From: a bacterium | GTDB lineage: Bacteria; RBG-13-61-14; DATKZS01 | NCBI GenBank assembly: GCA_963674965.2 | Contig: CAXXFL010000001.1 | Coordinates: 128,001 to 192,000 of the forward strand | Direction of reading: 5' to 3' | DNA: 64,000 nt | Shown here: piece after piece, positions 9,598-19,726 of the stretch | Numbering within the stretch: the stretch's first letter is position 1 | How the letters are laid out: each line of letters starts with the position of its first letter | The notes under the pieces: model-generated | Told to the model about the DNA's origin: nothing | The model's input: only the letters and a program-made list of their open reading frames with translations | The model's database searches: none | Made by a program: the position numbers and the translations under genes

Positions 9598-10502
9598 TGG
9601 TTTCAAAAATGGGAAATATGATGAGATTCAAAGCATGGCCTGGATGGCCGATACTGGTTTTCGCTTTCGCGCTTTTGCTTTGCGGGGTCTTCTCCGCGGT
9701 CGACTCCCGGGTCTTTGCCATGGAGACGGGCGGGACAAAATCCAGTCCGAGCGGCGCCGAAAAGGCTTCCGATCCGCTCCCGGCGGCGGGGGCACAAGAC
9801 GGGAAAGACTCCATAATCAAAAAGGAACTTGGCCTGAGCGTCGAGGGAAAACCCATTATGGCCTACTACTATAACAAGTCCGAAAAAAGACCGACCCTGG
9901 TCTTCTCCGGCATCCACGGCGATGAAAGGACATCGGTCGAGCTGGGCCAGATGCTGCTTAAAAGATGGAACGAGGACCCCGGGATTCTGGGCGGCAAGTA
10001 CGTGATCTATATCCCCATGGCCAACCCGGACGGGTGCGCCAACAATACTCGCCGCAACGCCAACAAGGTGGACTGCAACAGGAACTTTCCCGACGAATGG
10101 GAAAACACCAAGTCCGGCGGCTCGACCTACGGCGGTCCCCGTCCCCTTTCCGAGCCCGAGGCCAGGATATTGTACCAACTGGTCAACGAGGAGAAACCCG
10201 TCAAAATCGTGTCCATACACTCCTGCTCGAAATGCGGCGGCAAGAACAACTACGACGGACCAGCCGAGGCGCTGGCCAAGGCCATGAGCAAAAAAAACGG
10301 CTACGAACCCCTGGCCGACTGGTACGCCAAAACCCCCGGCAGTTTCGGCACCTTCGCCGGCAAAGGCAAGGGTATTCCCACCATCACCCTCGAGCTGCCC
10401 AGAAACATCGAGACGGAAAAGGAATGGGAGGGAAACATACTGGCGGTGGAGGCCGCCGTCCAATTCGAGATCGAGGAAAAAACCGGCGACCAGGCCAAGT
10501 GA
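9597..10502 (+). CDS. M14 zinc carboxypeptidase / murein peptide amidase A-like, with signal peptide
   Basis: GIHGDE (HxxE), NPDG, RRNANKVDCNRNFP, SIHS and ITLELP; exact start uncertain (several nearby ATGs). Confidence 0.85.
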   Translation: MVSKMGNMMRFKAWPGWPILVFAFALLLCGVFSAVDSRVFAMETGGTKSSPSGAEKASDPLPAAGAQDGKDSIIKKELGLSVEGKPIMAYYYNKSEKRPTLVFSGIHGDERTSVELGQMLLKRWNEDPGILGGKYVIYIPMANPDGCANNTRRNANKVDCNRNFPDEWENTKSGGSTYGGPRPLSEPEARILYQLVNEEKPVKIVSIHSCSKCGGKNNYDGPAEALAKAMSKKNGYEPLADWYAKTPGSFGTFAGKGKGIPTITLELPRNIETEKEWEGNILAVEAAVQFEIEEKTGDQAK

Positions 10503-10600
10503 TTCATGGTAGCCGTCGGTGAAGTGAACATGGTTCAAGAAGCCTGATAGTCCAGGGCCGCAAGGACGATACCAAGTAAAGCCCGCTAATGATATAGGAA

Positions 10601-11239
10601 TTACTCGAACTGCGCCTTGAAGTCGTTGAACCGCTTTTTCAACTCCTCCAGTTCTTCTCTTAGATTTTTCACTTCTTCCTCGATTCTCGCCACGTCGTCG
10701 CCGGCGGAGGCGTAGGATTTGGCGGGCGTGGCCTGGGCCATCTCCTCGATATCGACGGGCCCGGACATGAGGTGGGCGTAGCGCGATTCCTTCTGGCCGG
10801 GCATGCGGGGAAGCTTGACCACCAGGCCCGCGTCCGCCAGCTCGGAAATGGACTCCTCGACCTCCTCGAGGGTCTCGAACTTGTACAGGCGCTCGGTCCT
10901 GGTCCGCAGCTCTCCCGGCGTTTGGGGGCCTCGAAGGAGAAGCACGGCGATGATGGCGCCCTCGCTTTTGAGGACGTTGGCCACGTTGGTGAAGTTCTGG
11001 CCGTACTTGGGCACCCTGTCCCCGGTCACGTCGTGGACGAGCTGCTTTTTGCGGAGGGAGGCCAGGGCGGCGAAGGCTGTTTTATCGTCGTAATTGACCA
11101 CGGGATAGCGGTTTGATTTCTGGTTGCAGGCGTTGACCAGGGAGTTTAGCGACAAAGGGTAATACTCGGGCGTGGCCATCTCCTTTTCCAGCAGGCAGCC
11201 AAGGACCCTGGCCTCGACGTCGTTAAGCTCAATATCCAT
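10601..11239 (-). CDS. yceH: YceH / DUF480 family protein
   Basis: EARVLGCLLEKEMATPEYYPLSLNSLVNACNQKSNRYPV and LLLRGPQTPGELR. Confidence 0.9.
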   Translation of the reverse strand: MDIELNDVEARVLGCLLEKEMATPEYYPLSLNSLVNACNQKSNRYPVVNYDDKTAFAALASLRKKQLVHDVTGDRVPKYGQNFTNVANVLKSEGAIIAVLLLRGPQTPGELRTRTERLYKFETLEEVEESISELADAGLVVKLPRMPGQKESRYAHLMSGPVDIEEMAQATPAKSYASAGDDVARIEEEVKNLREELEELKKRFNDFKAQFE

Positions 11240-11287
11240 TGTTTCACCCCTCTCGCGTACATTATAACACAATCGAGGCCCGGTCCT

Positions 11288-12703
11288 TTAATACTGTTTC
11301 TTCATCCTCTGCGCGTGGCGTTCGTATTCCACCAGTCGGGAATAAGCGGCCGCGGCGCGCTCGGGCGTGGTGAATGCGGGGACCGACCCCTGGTGGAGCA
11401 GGTCGAGCAGGTCGTCGGTCAGGTTGAATCCCGGAAAGGACGCGGCCATTACGGCCTTGCCCGATTTCTTTCTCGCGGCCGTGAGGCCCTCGACGTAGGC
11501 CTTGTTCGAGTCGTGATCGAAGCCGCAACCGACCGACACCACCGCGTCCACCTCGGGGTCGTCCAGCAGGGCCTCGGCGCTTTTAACGTAAAGGCTTATA
11601 TCGAAGGACGACGAAAGCCCCACGTCCACCGGATTGATAAGGCTCGTGCCCGCGGCGGGCAAAAAGGACCTCAGCCGTCCGATGGTCGCGCCGCTGAGGG
11701 GAGCGAGGGTAAGGCCGCGCCGCTCGACGGCGTCGGCGGCCGACACGGCCGGGCCGCCCGGTCCCGACAGGATGGCCACGTTGCCTCTCGCGCCGGGCGG
11801 GAGCATGGTAAAGGCCAGGGCCGTATCGGTGAATTCCTCGACGTCCTTGACCGAGGTCACTCCGAACTGGCTGAACACCCCCTCCCATATCTCCCGGCTT
11901 CCGGCCATCGAGCCCGTGTGGCCGGCGGCCGCCTTTTTGCCCGCGTCGGTCATGCCCACCTTCCACATGACCACCGGCTTCTTTCGCGTGGTCCGATCGA
12001 GGGCCCGGGCCAGCCGGACGCCGTCTCCCGGGCTTTCGCAATAGACCAGCACCAGGCTCGCGTCATCATCGTCGGCCGCGGCCTCGAGAAGCTCGGGGAG
12101 GTCTATGTCCGCGCCGTTGCCGAAGCTCACGGCGTGTCTCATGAAGATGCCCTTTTTGGCGGCCGAGGTGGTAAAGAGGTTGGTAAGGGACCCGCTTTGG
12201 GAAAGGAAGGTCACGGGTCCCGGACTTTTCGGCATCCAGGGCAAAAAGGCCTGGCCGCTCACCGGCGAATAAACGCCCATGCAGTTGGGTCCCAGGAGGC
12301 GGAAGCCTCCAGCCCTCGCCTTCCGGACCAGCCTTGCCTCGTCAAGCGCACCTTGCTCGGTCCCCGATTCCCTGAAGCCCGAGGTGTACATGACCACGAC
12401 CTTGACGGACTTGGCCGCGCACTCGTCAAGAACGTCCCATACGGCGTCCTTGGGAGTCAGGACGATCGCCATGTCCACCGGGCCGGGCGCCGCCGAAAGC
12501 ATCGGGTAAGCCTTGAGCCCGTCGATCTCGGAGGCCGTCGGGTTCACCGGATAGATGGCGCCCTTGAAGCCCTGGTCGAGAAGGCCCACCAGAAACAGCT
12601 TGCCCGTCTTGAAGCCGCGGGGGACCCCGATTAAAGCTATGGACTGGGGATAGAAAAGGGCCTCGAGTCCCCCGGCGCGGTCCTCGCGAGGCTTATTCTT
12701 CAT
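11288..12703 (-). CDS. ADP-forming acyl/acetate-CoA ligase alpha-type subunit (CoA-binding)
   Basis: IYPVNP, RLLGPNCMG, SQSG, GHTGSMAG (phospho-His) and NPVD. Confidence 0.88.
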   Translation of the reverse strand: MKNKPREDRAGGLEALFYPQSIALIGVPRGFKTGKLFLVGLLDQGFKGAIYPVNPTASEIDGLKAYPMLSAAPGPVDMAIVLTPKDAVWDVLDECAAKSVKVVVMYTSGFRESGTEQGALDEARLVRKARAGGFRLLGPNCMGVYSPVSGQAFLPWMPKSPGPVTFLSQSGSLTNLFTTSAAKKGIFMRHAVSFGNGADIDLPELLEAAADDDDASLVLVYCESPGDGVRLARALDRTTRKKPVVMWKVGMTDAGKKAAAGHTGSMAGSREIWEGVFSQFGVTSVKDVEEFTDTALAFTMLPPGARGNVAILSGPGGPAVSAADAVERRGLTLAPLSGATIGRLRSFLPAAGTSLINPVDVGLSSSFDISLYVKSAEALLDDPEVDAVVSVGCGFDHDSNKAYVEGLTAARKKSGKAVMAASFPGFNLTDDLLDLLHQGSVPAFTTPERAAAAYSRLVEYERHAQRMKKQY

Positions 12704-15077
12704 CTTTCTTCCACGTCTTTTGTTTGGACCCGCTCATGATGGACATGCCCATCTTGGTCAGGCTCCGCTTGACCGATCCGGCCGGTTTGGGGTCGTGGAC
12801 CCAGAGGTAGTAGCCGTTGACGGAAGTTCCCCAGTCGGCGAAAGCTCCATCCAACACCAACTCGGGAGCGGAGCAATCGGGGGAAAGGACATAGTCTATC
12901 TGGCCGATGGTCACGACGGAATCGGGAGGGATCGCCACTCGCCACGATCCCAGGTCTTCTTTGCACAGCTTTGCCGTGACCACGCCTTTATATTCACGGT
13001 GAAAGTCGTTGACCACCATGATCTCGGCCTGAAGACGGTCTCCGGAGGCGTATTCCTTTTGCTCGAATTTGGCCGTGACCAAGAGAGGATTGTAGGAGTT
13101 CTTGAGCGCGTTATAGGCCAGCTTGGGCCTTAACTCGTAATCGATCACGGACCAGCAGATGGCGGGCCATGGCTCGTTCAATTGCCAGAAGGCGGTCCCC
13201 GAGGTCTTGTATTTCCTTTGTCTCCAGTTCTCGATGCCCCTTTGTAAATAATAGGCCTGCATTACCTGGCTTGCCTGGGTAAGTGAAGCAAGATTGTCTC
13301 CGCCGCTAACGGGCGCTCGGTAGACGCGATATTGTTTCTCCAATCCGGTTGCCTTGAGCGCCGAGACGTATTTCATCATCTTGTCCTTGCCCAGGCTGTG
13401 GTGGACGTGAGTTTTATTGAGCGGCCAGAGTCCGTCGTAGGATATCCAGTTTTCCAGCGTAAGAGTTGAGGGAAAAGCCTGCAGCCCAAACTCGCTGGGA
13501 AGGGGCGAGACGTCGTCCATGTAGTCCTCGAGGTTTCCCTTTTGATGCCACACCACCCAGTTGTGGGAGTCGCCCTTGTAGGGAGAGGCGGGGATGAAAC
13601 GGCGCGTGTCGTCCAGGCTCGAGGTCACGTCCTCCAATATGTCCACCACGTGCTGGTTCTGCTTGGCGTTGAACTCGTTTCCGCCGCACCACATGATAAG
13701 GGACGGATGGTTCCTGAGCTGGCGTACTATCTCCTCCGACTCTTGCCTGACCAGGTTTTTAAAGTGGTCGGTCTTGGGGTAGCCCTTCAGGTAGACGCAG
13801 GCAAAGGGGAACTCCTGCCAGACCAGGACCCCCACCCGGTCGCAGTAATCGTAAAAGGCCCGGCGCTCGCGGTTGCCGCCGCCCCAAACGCGGAGCATGT
13901 TGACGTTGGCCCCCTTGGCCATGTCGATGAGCTTTATGTACCTGTCGTCGTCCATGCGACCGTACATGGACTCGGGCGGGACCCAGTTGGCGCCGCGCAT
14001 GAACTCGCGTTTTCCGTTCACGAAAAGGACCCAGTCGGCCGAGCCCTCGGGCGCGTCCGGGTTGGGGCCCCATGAAATCTCCCGGATGCCGAAGGTCTCG
14101 GAAAGATAATCGACCTTGCCGTCCTGGCCCTTCAGGGCAACCGTGACTTGATAAAGGTCCTGGTCGCCCATGTCCCACGGCCACCAGAGACGGGGATTGG
14201 GAACGTCCATTTGAACGGTAACCACCCCGCTTGTCCCCTCCAGTTCATGCGGTCCCGATACGATTTCATCCATCTCGAAATTTTCGCCGTTAAGAGAAAC
14301 GCCCATGGTCAAGCCCGGCTCGCCCGCGGTCTCATACTCGACCTCGACCTCCACGAGGCCGTTCAGGCTGGGCTTAACGAAGACGTCCTTTATTATGGCG
14401 TCCCCCGTCTCGTAAAAATAAACGCGGTCCCAAATCCCGCAGGTCTTAAGGCGGGGCGCGAAGTCCCAGCCGAAGCTCATCTGGGTCTTCAAGTATTTGC
14501 TTCTTCCGAACTCGTTCGAGCCGAGGACCGGACCCAGCTTTTCCCAACTGGGACTGGGCACGGGAAACAATATCACTCTGATCTTTTGCACGCCCTCCGG
14601 GTCCAGGGCGTCGGTCACGTCGAATTCCATGCGCGAGAACATGCCCTCATGCCGCTCCTCGAGAACGTGGCCGTTAAGCTCGATCCGCGAGATGTAATCG
14701 ACGCCCATGAACCGCAGGCGATACCTCCTGCCCTCGGCCGGCTTGAACTCTCCCTTTGCCTCGTAGGCCCAGGTCTTCTTGCTCACCCAGTCCAGCTCGA
14801 GAGAGTTCTCGTCGCGGTACGGGTCGGGAATCCTGCCCGCGTTCATGAGGTCGGTGTAAACGTCGCCCGGGACCTTGGCCGGGATGTCTTCCCCGGCCGG
14901 CTCGAGGGTCTCCGGATCGACCTCGACCAGCATGAACTCGGTAACCTCCCAACCGCGCCGCTCCGGGGTGGGAGCGCAATCGGAACCCTTCTCGTCGGCC
15001 GAGATGGACATGAACGCGCAGACGAGGGCGATGGCGATTAGAACGCGTCTTACGGGACCGTGATGTTTTTTCTTCAT
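12693..15077 (-). CDS. secreted glycoside hydrolase family 2, beta-mannosidase-like
   Basis: FGWDFAP, MRGANWVP, NMLRVWGG, WQEF, WCGGNE, SEFG and FWQLNEPWP; signal peptide. Confidence 0.9.
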   Translation of the reverse strand: MKKKHHGPVRRVLIAIALVCAFMSISADEKGSDCAPTPERRGWEVTEFMLVEVDPETLEPAGEDIPAKVPGDVYTDLMNAGRIPDPYRDENSLELDWVSKKTWAYEAKGEFKPAEGRRYRLRFMGVDYISRIELNGHVLEERHEGMFSRMEFDVTDALDPEGVQKIRVILFPVPSPSWEKLGPVLGSNEFGRSKYLKTQMSFGWDFAPRLKTCGIWDRVYFYETGDAIIKDVFVKPSLNGLVEVEVEYETAGEPGLTMGVSLNGENFEMDEIVSGPHELEGTSGVVTVQMDVPNPRLWWPWDMGDQDLYQVTVALKGQDGKVDYLSETFGIREISWGPNPDAPEGSADWVLFVNGKREFMRGANWVPPESMYGRMDDDRYIKLIDMAKGANVNMLRVWGGGNRERRAFYDYCDRVGVLVWQEFPFACVYLKGYPKTDHFKNLVRQESEEIVRQLRNHPSLIMWCGGNEFNAKQNQHVVDILEDVTSSLDDTRRFIPASPYKGDSHNWVVWHQKGNLEDYMDDVSPLPSEFGLQAFPSTLTLENWISYDGLWPLNKTHVHHSLGKDKMMKYVSALKATGLEKQYRVYRAPVSGGDNLASLTQASQVMQAYYLQRGIENWRQRKYKTSGTAFWQLNEPWPAICWSVIDYELRPKLAYNALKNSYNPLLVTAKFEQKEYASGDRLQAEIMVVNDFHREYKGVVTAKLCKEDLGSWRVAIPPDSVVTIGQIDYVLSPDCSAPELVLDGAFADWGTSVNGYYLWVHDPKPAGSVKRSLTKMGMSIMSGSKQKTWKKDEE

Positions 15078-15163
15078 TTCTTTTCTCCGGCAAAGGCCTT
15101 TTGCGATCGATGGCAAAGCGCTGCTTCCTAGGGATTATTCTAATACGCCGGCGTCTCCGGATA

Positions 15164-15197
15164 CAAAAAAAGACCCGGACGAAAATCCGCCCGGGTC
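15164..15197 (-). terminator. Rho-independent terminator after pnp
   Basis: GACCCGG(G)CG...CGTCCGGGTC stem followed by a T-run on the minus strand. Confidence 0.75.
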
Positions 15198-15218
15198 CTG
15201 GTATTTTAATGGAGCGTC

Positions 15219-17516
15219 TCAGTATCTGTCTTCGCCGCCTCCGCCCCTTTCTCCGCGCGGCGGCCTGCTTTTTTTCTTTTTTCTTCTCGGCCGGTTTCTC
15301 CTGTCGTCTCCATCGGGACGGCCTTCCCCTCTCGGGCTGGGCCTGTTCCCGGTGTAGGGCCGCGACTCGGCGGGGGCCTCGGGATCGTCGTCGTCGTCGT
15401 CCCTCTTCGCCCTGGCGCCCTCGGGCTGGAGGTCGAGCACTTCCCTTCTGGAAAGGGCGACCTTGCCCCCCTGGTCGATGCGGATGCACTTGACCACGAC
15501 CTCGTCCCCCTCCCGGAGCACGTCGGTCACCTGGTCGATGCGGTGGTCCTCGATCTCGGAGATGTGAAGCAGGCCCTCCATGCCCGGAAGTATCTCGACG
15601 AAGGCGCCGAAATCGACCACCTTGGTCACCCTGCCCCGGTAAACCTCGCCTATCTCCGGCTCGGCCATCAGGTCGTTAATGATGGCCACCACCTTGGCGT
15701 TCACCTCGGCGTCGGCCGAGGCCACCCGGACCGTGCCGTCGTCCTCGACGTCGATCTGGGCGCCCGTCTCCTCCTGGATGCCCCGGATGACCTTGCCGCC
15801 GGGACCGATAAGGTCCTTGATCTTGTCCACCGGTATCTTGAGGGATACTATGCGCGGCGCGTAGGGGGACATCTCCTCCTTGGGCGCGCTGATGATCGCG
15901 TTCATCTTGTCCAGGATGAAGAGCCTGGCCTCGCGGGCCTGCCCCAGGGCCTTCTGCATGATTTCCTTGTCCAGGCCCGATATCTTGATGTCCATCTGGA
16001 CGGCGGTCACGCCGTCGGCCGTGCCCGCGACCTTGAAGTCCATGTCGCCCACGTGGTCCTCGTGGCCCATGATGTCGGTAAGGACGTGGAACTTGCCCTC
16101 TTCCTCCTTGATCAGGCCCATGGCCACGCCCGCCACCTGACCCTTGACCGGCACGCCGGCGTCCATAAGGCTGAGGGACCCGCCGCAGACGGTGGCCATG
16201 GAGGAGCTTCCATTCGACTCGGTGATCTCGGAGACGATCCTGATTGTATAGGGGAAATCCTCGTGCTCGGGCAGGACCCTGGCCAGGGCCCGCTCGGCGA
16301 GGTATCCGTGTCCGATGTCCCTTCTTCCCGGCCCGAGCCTCATGCTGGTCTCGGCCACCGAGTAGGGCGGGAAGTTGTAATGGAGGAAAAAGGTCTTGTA
16401 GTAGTCTTCCTCGAGCCGCTCGATCTTGCGCTCGTCCTTCCTGGTACCGAGGGTGGTAGTCACGATGCCCTGGGTCTCGCCCCGGGTGAAAAGGGCCGAG
16501 CCGTGGGTGCGGGGAAGCACGGCGGTCTCGATATCGATTTGCCTGATCTCGTCGAGTTTCCTGCCGTCCGCCCTTTTGCCGCTAACCACTATCTGGTCCC
16601 TGACGACCTTCTTTTCCAGCTTCTCGATCAGGGAGTTGAAGTAGTACTCGTCAGGCCCGAAGTCGGTCTCCTCCTCGACGAGCTTTGCCTTGGCCGCCTT
16701 GATAAGCTCGGCCTGCCGGTCGTAGCGATCGAGCTTGCCCGGCAGGGTCCAGGCCTCCTGGAGGTCCTTAAGAAGCATCTTCTCGATCTTGTCGGCCAGT
16801 TCCTTGGGCGGCTCGATAAGCTCGTGCTCCATCTTGGGAAGGCCCACCGCCTGGCGAAGCTCGTCCTGCATGTCCAGGAGAGGCTTGATTTCCTCGTAGG
16901 CGTAGAAGATGCCCTCGAGGATTTCGTCCTCGGGCACCATGTTGGCGCCGCCCTCGACCATGGCCACGCCGTCGCGGTTGCCGGCCACCACCATCTCGAC
17001 GTCGCACTCGTCGAGTTCCTCGTAACTCGGGTTGATGATCCACTGGTTGTTGATCCGCCCGACCTGCACTCCGGCCACGGGTCCCTCGAAGGGGATGTGG
17101 GATATCTCGAGGGCGGCCGAGGCCCCGAGTATGCACATGACGCCGGGGTTGGACTGGTAGTCCGCGGAAAGGACGGTGGGAATTATCTGGGTCTCGTAGA
17201 CCCACTGTTTGGGGAAAAGGGGACGGATGGGCCTGTCGATGAGACGGCAGTTAAGCGTCTCGAAGTCGGTGGGCCTGTTTTCCCGTTTGAAGAAGCCGCC
17301 CGGGATTTTGCCGGCGGCGTAGAATTTTTCCTGGTAGTTGACGGTGATGGGAGCGAAGTCCCGAAGCGGTCTGGGCGTCCTCTCGGCCACGGCGGTGACC
17401 AGGGCCACCGTGTCGCCATATCGGAGCACGACCGCGCCCGATGCCTGCTTTGCAACCTTACCCGCCTCGAGCGAAAGCTCGCGGCCGTGGTAGTGCAAAG
17501 ATATTTTCTTGTACAT
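15219..17516 (-). CDS. pnp: polyribonucleotide nucleotidyltransferase (PNPase)
   Basis: AAGKIPGGFFKRE, LIDRPIRPLF, HGSALFTRGETQ, GDMDFKVAG, KH (IGPGGK) and S1 domains; downstream of rpsO. Confidence 0.98.
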   Translation of the reverse strand: MYKKISLHYHGRELSLEAGKVAKQASGAVVLRYGDTVALVTAVAERTPRPLRDFAPITVNYQEKFYAAGKIPGGFFKRENRPTDFETLNCRLIDRPIRPLFPKQWVYETQIIPTVLSADYQSNPGVMCILGASAALEISHIPFEGPVAGVQVGRINNQWIINPSYEELDECDVEMVVAGNRDGVAMVEGGANMVPEDEILEGIFYAYEEIKPLLDMQDELRQAVGLPKMEHELIEPPKELADKIEKMLLKDLQEAWTLPGKLDRYDRQAELIKAAKAKLVEEETDFGPDEYYFNSLIEKLEKKVVRDQIVVSGKRADGRKLDEIRQIDIETAVLPRTHGSALFTRGETQGIVTTTLGTRKDERKIERLEEDYYKTFFLHYNFPPYSVAETSMRLGPGRRDIGHGYLAERALARVLPEHEDFPYTIRIVSEITESNGSSSMATVCGGSLSLMDAGVPVKGQVAGVAMGLIKEEEGKFHVLTDIMGHEDHVGDMDFKVAGTADGVTAVQMDIKISGLDKEIMQKALGQAREARLFILDKMNAIISAPKEEMSPYAPRIVSLKIPVDKIKDLIGPGGKVIRGIQEETGAQIDVEDDGTVRVASADAEVNAKVVAIINDLMAEPEIGEVYRGRVTKVVDFGAFVEILPGMEGLLHISEIEDHRIDQVTDVLREGDEVVVKCIRIDQGGKVALSRREVLDLQPEGARAKRDDDDDDPEAPAESRPYTGNRPSPRGEGRPDGDDRRNRPRRKKKKSRPPRGERGGGGEDRY

Positions 17517-17739
17517 TCGCGCTAATCTCCTTTTCGGCGTCCGCGCTGACTCACTCCCGATCCACGTCCCGAAGCCGTCGGACAAAAGACATATCGGCTT
17601 ATTCCTCGAGCCGATTCCTCTTTCAACGGCGCCCGGATGTGACCCGGGATTTTGAGCGCGCGTCCATGTTGTTGTCGTAAAACGGCGGGCGCGGTTCGCC
17701 CTGATTGGATCAGGAGCGAGACCGGCGGCCCCGCCTCCG

Positions 17740-18009
17740 TTACTTGCGCAGTCCCAGTCTCTCGATCAGTTCCTTGTATCTGGCGTAATCCTTCTTTTGA
17801 AGGTAGGTGAGAAGCCTTCGCCTCTGACCGACCAGCTTGAGAAGTCCACGCCTGGAATGGTGATCCTTTGGATGAGATTTGAAATGCTCGGTAAGGTACT
17901 TAATTCGCTCGGTTAAAAGAGCGACCTGGACCTCCGCGGACCCGGTGTCGCCTTCGCCGCGCTGATAGTCCCTGATAATGTTCGATTTTTTTTCTTGGGC
18001 CAGCCCCAA
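17740..18009 (-). CDS. rpsO: 30S ribosomal protein S15
   Basis: [13 protein letters not shown]...[23 protein letters not shown] start after GGAGGTG. Confidence 0.98.
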   Translation of the reverse strand: MGLAQEKKSNIIRDYQRGEGDTGSAEVQVALLTERIKYLTEHFKSHPKDHHSRRGLLKLVGQRRRLLTYLQKKDYARYKELIERLGLRK

Positions 18010-18177
18010 TTTACTTCACCTCCCTTTTGCCGGCCTCCGGGATTACACCCGGAAAACGCGTTTAGTTAGCATAAAAGGTAACATAGAAAAAAGAAATAGT
18101 AAAGCCGACTAAGTCAAGCTTTGTTTTGGTCAGGGAAAAAAGCCAAGCGCCTTTTCCGTCTTTTCTAGTCTGGCTTT

Positions 18178-19722
18178 TTAGAATCTCCACCTGACGGACA
18201 CCCACGCCTGGTTATTGTCCGAGAAGACGGCGATGGGGCTGAATTCCTGCCCGCTGGTCTGGGAGTCGCCGTTGCCTCCGGCGAAGATATTGAGCCCGGC
18301 CGTGACGGAGTAGCGGTCCTTGAACTTATAGGTGACGCGGGGGCTGATGAACCAGTTGTTTTCCTCGGTCTGCATGTTGATGACCCGCCACTCGGGGATG
18401 AGGGAATCGTTCATCGCGTACATCCTGAGGAGGGCGACAAAGTATATGGAGTCGTCGTTCTGGTAGACCAGGTCGCGGGGCGCGCTGAAATAGGTGATCC
18501 TCTCGGCCCCGACCTTGATGAAATATTTCCCGCTCGAGTCCAGGTGGTCGAGCTCGATGGACGCCGCCTGCCATGGCCGCCGGACCTTAACGGTCTCGTC
18601 GAAGGCGGCGTCCTCGTCCGAGTCGAGCCACATGCTCATGGTCCGGCCGGGGCTGTAGGCGTACTCGGCCCTGAGGTCCACGCCCTTAAGATGGGTCTTG
18701 TAGGTTATTCCGTAAAGCTCGTATCTTTGGAACTGAAGCTCGAACTGGGCGTCGGTGACCTCGCCCTCCACCGCGGTCGAGCCCTCGAGGTTCTCCGGTT
18801 CCTTATATTTTATATGCGGGAAGTCCTCCCGGCTATAGAAGTACACCAGCTCGACCACCGAGCTCTCTTGCCTGTAGGCCAGCTTCAAGGCGGCCTCCCC
18901 GAAGGCGACCATCTGTTCCTGGTAGTCCACTTTCTCGATGGGAATCCACTGGTAGTCCCGGTTTAGCAGAGAGTTGAATTCGTCGGGCACGTTATCGGGC
19001 AGGTCCTCCTGTTTCAGGAGACCGAGGTCGGCCCCGGCCAGGTCGAATATGGCCGACTGAAAAATGGGGATATAAAGGGTCTCGACGGTCAGGTCCTCGG
19101 CGTAGAAGTCGGCCTTGACCATGGGCAGGGGGATTTTCAGGTCCTCCGTCCTGGGATCGATGAAGATACGGTAATTAACCGGGTTGATTCCGTTGGTGGG
19201 AGCGAACAGGTCGCAGGCCCCCCATTTGACCAGGATTTTTCCGATCTTCAAGTCCGCGTGCTCGAACTTGAAGTTCATGTACGCCTCGTAAAGGTCGAAG
19301 TCTATCTGCTGTCGGTCGTTCCCCCCCTCTTGCATCCAGGCCAGGGCCCACACGCTAAGGTAAAGGGAAGTATCGCCGGAGAAGCCGTATGTGCCGTACC
19401 CGAAAATCTTCGAGCGCAGGTCGATCATATCCTCGTCGCCGTTTTCCTGGTAGGTATCGACGGCCATCTCGTTGTCCCAGTAGCCGCCAATTTTGACTTT
19501 TCTCTCGTAGGGTTCCTTTTCGGGACCTTCCAGGAGGGACCTGGAGGGAACGCGTTTTTGTTCCTCATCCTCGAAAAAGATGATTTCCTCCTCGTCCTCC
19601 TTTTGGTCCTCCTGGCAAAGGGCCAAGAGGGGAAAGAACTGGAGGCATAAAAGAACAAGCGCCGCCAGAAACGGCGCCGTCCGGTTGACAAGGTCCCAGA
19701 TGGAAGTGCTTGGGCGCGACAT
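18178..19722 (-). CDS. outer-membrane beta-barrel protein (DUF1302-like)
   Basis: signal peptide; LYEAY...LKIGKILVKWG; C-terminal VSVRWRF beta-signal; adjacent to a LolA-like gene. Confidence 0.65.
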   Translation of the reverse strand: MSRPSTSIWDLVNRTAPFLAALVLLCLQFFPLLALCQEDQKEDEEEIIFFEDEEQKRVPSRSLLEGPEKEPYERKVKIGGYWDNEMAVDTYQENGDEDMIDLRSKIFGYGTYGFSGDTSLYLSVWALAWMQEGGNDRQQIDFDLYEAYMNFKFEHADLKIGKILVKWGACDLFAPTNGINPVNYRIFIDPRTEDLKIPLPMVKADFYAEDLTVETLYIPIFQSAIFDLAGADLGLLKQEDLPDNVPDEFNSLLNRDYQWIPIEKVDYQEQMVAFGEAALKLAYRQESSVVELVYFYSREDFPHIKYKEPENLEGSTAVEGEVTDAQFELQFQRYELYGITYKTHLKGVDLRAEYAYSPGRTMSMWLDSDEDAAFDETVKVRRPWQAASIELDHLDSSGKYFIKVGAERITYFSAPRDLVYQNDDSIYFVALLRMYAMNDSLIPEWRVINMQTEENNWFISPRVTYKFKDRYSVTAGLNIFAGGNGDSQTSGQEFSPIAVFSDNNQAWVSVRWRF

Positions 19723-19726
19723 GGCT

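Noticed and set aside
17640-18060. Named ncRNA or S15 leader around rpsO
   Set aside because: Hairpins are visible (about 17681-17738 and 18037-18052), but I cannot match them to a defined family by eye.
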